Source: the human T2T-CHM13v2.0 reference genome, Homo sapiens
Assembly (NCBI RefSeq): GCF_009914755.1
Contig: NC_060925.1
Length of the DNA stretch: 64,000 bases
Strand: one strand, 5' to 3'
The notes under the pieces were generated by a model, which was given only the letters and a program-made list of their open reading frames with translations, searched no databases and was not told where the DNA came from. The position numbers and the translations under genes were made by a program. Each line of letters begins with the position of its first letter. Positions within the stretch are counted from its first letter, which is position 1. Shown piece after piece: positions 60,484 through 64,000 of the stretch.

Positions 60484-61280
60484 TGTTGACCTAAAAGAAG
60501 GAGGCTGAAGCACAAAATATAATTTAGAGTTTACTTGAGTCAACATGAAGACAACTGCCTGGAAGACTCACACCAAGGAAGCTTGGATCTGAGCTCCCTT
60601 TGGTCTTTGTCACAAGCAGGTTTTTATTTTTTATTTTTTATTTTTTATTTATTTATTTATTTTGAGACGGAGTCTCACTCTGTCGCCCAGGCTGGAGTGC
60701 AGTGGCGCGAACTCTGCTCCGCCTCCCGGGTTCTCGCCATTCTCCTGCCTCAGCCTCCCTAGTAGCTGGGATTACAGGCACCCGCCACCACGCCCAGCTA
60801 ATTTTTTTTGTATTTTTTTAATAGAGACGGGGTTTCACCGTGTTAGCCAGGATGGTCTCGATCTCCTGACCTCATGATCCGCCTGCCTCGGCCTCCCAAA
60901 GTGCTGGGATTACAAGCGTGAGCCACCGCACCCTGCCCACAAGCAGGTTTTTAAAGTTCAAAAGCAGGGACAGACAGTGGGCTGATAGGTGCCTATCAGG
61001 AATTCTCATTGGTTTACAGAAATAACATTGCTTGGTGATTGGCTATATGTTGTTAAGTTATAGGGTATGGGGGTATAGGGATTGGTGTGGCATTATTAGG
61101 TTAATTTACAGCTACTTGAGGCAATAGCAAGCAGTTTCAACGGATGAATACATAGCTCAGCGCAGCTCAAAAGGAAGGAGCGGAAAGTGGTTGCTGTCTC
61201 GATTTAACGTCTCTCTGGGCCTGATCATTTGAAAGGGCTCACATTCCTCAGATAAAAAGTTTTTTTAATCTTTCTTCTTG
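60484..61280 (-). mobile_element. MER4-group ERV1 LTR interrupted by AluY
   Basis: TGTTGACCTAAAAGAAGG...GCTGAAGCACAAAA start typical of MER65/67-type LTRs; subfamily uncertain. Confidence 0.55.
60627..60938 (-). mobile_element. AluY with small deletion
   Basis: TSD ACAAGCAGGTTTTTA. Confidence 0.93.
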
Positions 61281-61439
61281 AAAGCATCGATGATCAAAAG
61301 CTAAGTCAAGGGTGTCCCTCTTTGCCAGAAAGGCTCATTCCCGGATAGTCCTGTCCCAAGCAGGGGACAGGGGAGGAAAGAAGCCACCTCACTGAGGAAT
61401 TTTTAAGAATGCCCAAAAGTCCAATTGAAAGGGCATTAC

Positions 61440-61785
<346 letters not shown>

Positions 61786-62169
61786 TTAAGTCTACAGCTG
61801 CTGTCACTTATTGAATCATCTCTACTCTTCAGAATACCATGAAATTAGTTTTCCCAGAAGTAAAACGATGAGAGATACATAACAATAATGACATTGCACT
61901 TCATCATTCCATGCCCTTCGACATTTATAGGGCCATGGATGGTGATCTTTTCAAGAGACAAAAATAAACGCCGAACAGGTAAGTGCGCTATAATTTGAGT
62001 ACATCAGCTTTTGGGCATTTAAACCATGGGTCAGAAATTTAGAGCAAGAGGGCAGGTTGGATCCTGATAGCAGGAGGGAGTGTTTTTCTTTTAACTTTCC
62101 AGTGGCATCATGGTGTTAACCACTATTATTTCAGAGTGAAGAAACAATTTTTTGTTTGGTTGGTTTTGT

Positions 62170-62618
62170 ACTTTTTATTTTTATTATAATTACTTTTTAA
62201 GACAAGGACTCTGTCTCCCAGGCTGGAATTCAGTGACAAGATCACAGCTCAGTACAGCCTTGACCTCTTGACCTCCAAGGCTCAATGGCTCATCCTCCCA
62301 AGCAGCTGGGCCTACAGGCACACACCACCACACGCAGCTTATTTATTTATTTTTTGAGACAGGGTCTCACTCTGTTGCCCAGGCTGGAGTGCAGTGGCGT
62401 CATCAGGGTTCGCTGCAGGCTTGAACTCCTTAGCTCAAGTCATCCTCTCACCTCATGCTCCTGAGTAGCTGGGACTACAGGTGGGCACCACCACACCCAG
62501 CTAATTTGTATATATTTTATAGAGTCAGTGTTTCACCATTTTGCCCAGGCTAGTCTCAAACCCCTGTGCTCAAGTGATCCTTCTGCCTTGGCCTCCCAAA
62601 GTGCTGGGATTACAGGCA
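62170..62618 (-). mobile_element. Composite AluJ (right arm plus full Alu)
   Basis: Two tandem antisense Alu segments. Confidence 0.85.
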
Positions 62619-63377
62619 GTTATTTTGACAATACGATTATGATGGGTTAAACTGAGACGTGCGGCAGGAAGGTTAGGGTGAGTCAGACAGATTAGATAAA
62701 CAGGTTTTGCTTGATATGACCCTGAGTTGCATCGTGAGTGCAATCAGGAGGAATACAGGTGAAATTTAGCACAGGATGTACCAATGGGTCATTATGGTCA
62801 AAAGTGGTTTGTGGTTTTGAGTGGCAAACCTGGAACCTTGTCAAATTTCCCACAGAGGTAATGGTTTGTGAGATTCTAATCAGAGAATTATCCCTCCCTG
62901 CTGTAATCAAATTAATTAGGGACAGTAAAACAGAAATCTGATCACAGGTATTCTGCTATGTATGTATGTATGTATATGTATATACACATACACGCAAGAG
63001 GAGTAGTGTGTCATATCTTAAGAGAATATGCATATAGGGTGATTTTACCAAAACCACCAAGAGACAACCCCTACAACTTAAAGGAGCCCTAATGGTGTAT
63101 GTATTCCAGTCAGCAAAAAAGAGACTAACTCTCTCAGGCACGGTCAGCACTGGAATTGTAACTGATTATACAGGCCAGTATCTTGGGTGAAAGTGGACTA
63201 CACCAGATGTCAGCTACTTGCCATCTCTGTCAGGAAGATTGTGAGTTACCTCTAAGTGAAAATCTCCACTGACAGATGTCCACTCTGGTAGGGTTGCCTT
63301 TTACAAGAGAAACATGAATCCATGTGTCAACACCCTTAAGTTTACTGGCACAGATTGGTCAGTAATACCTGTCGTCA

Positions 63378-63550
63378 GTTAGGTGCAGTGGCCTATGCCT
63401 GTGGTCCCAAATATTTGGAAGGTTGAGGCAGAAGGGTGGCTTGAGCCCAGGAGTTCAAGGCTACAGTGAGTCATGATTGTGCCACTGCATTCTGGCTTGG
63501 GGAATAGAATGAGATCCCATCTCCAAAAAAATATATAAAGTAATAATAAT
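63378..63550 (+). mobile_element. Alu right monomer (FRAM/AluJ-like)
   Basis: GCTTGAGCCCAGGAGTTCAAGGCTACAGTGAG... Confidence 0.8.
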
Positions 63551-64000
63551 AGCTGATGTGGTCCCTTCCAACAGTCTTGGGGAGAATATTTTATTTGATG
63601 TTGTTTCCAGTAAACAACAACATCTCCAGGTTATAGGCCAAGATTTTTGATATTTTCATCTCCCAGGAGTTCATTATGAATGGAATTCTTTGTTAATGTA
63701 GAGTTCTTAGTAAGTTCTGTGAGATCTTAGCAGTAATGGAGAATGTCACCTTTAAGAAGTGCAGATTCATAAGCGCCTTCATCTAACCACTGCAAGGGTC
63801 TTCCTGTTATTATTTCAAAGAGGGAGAGTGTGGACATTTTCCACAACCAGTGGGAGATCCTTGTCCAAGAAAGGTTAAAAACTTCTGTTAGCTTTGCCAA
63901 TTGAGTTTTTATTGTATCATTAGTGCATTCCATCGGCCCAGAGGATTAGGGGTGACAGGCACAATGGAAATGTTGGGACTTAGGCAAAAATGTTACAAAT

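Overview
Repeat-rich primate (human/great-ape) genomic DNA with the hallmarks of the chromosome 1q21-type segmental-duplication mosaic. No intact protein-coding gene is supported; the supplied ORF track is almost entirely Alu/L1/LTR/microsatellite noise. Gene-like features: (1) a full-length, strongly diverged variant U1 snRNA gene on the minus strand (58450-58612; from memory closest to RNVU1-8/vU1.8) with PSE, octamer-like DSE and degenerate 3' box, an altered 5'-splice-site recognition end, and a new perfect 10-bp internal helix; (2) three orphan 3' exons of an NBPF4/NBPF6-type pseudogene on the minus strand (9123-9359, 6951-7164, ~2696-3389) with stops/frameshift, no Olduvai (DUF1220) exons seen in the window, and a ~240-bp imperfect palindrome in the 3' UTR; (3) promoter-like islands at ~19.7-19.9 kb (two RFX X-boxes plus CCAAT/GC boxes) and ~24.7-25.4 kb. 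The rest is ~25 Alus, L1 fragments, MaLR/ERVL/ERV1 LTRs and internal remnants, and small DNA transposons. Repeat subfamily names and locus identity come from recalled consensus sequences, not database searches. I found no wholly new biological system; the variant U1 structure is the best lead.
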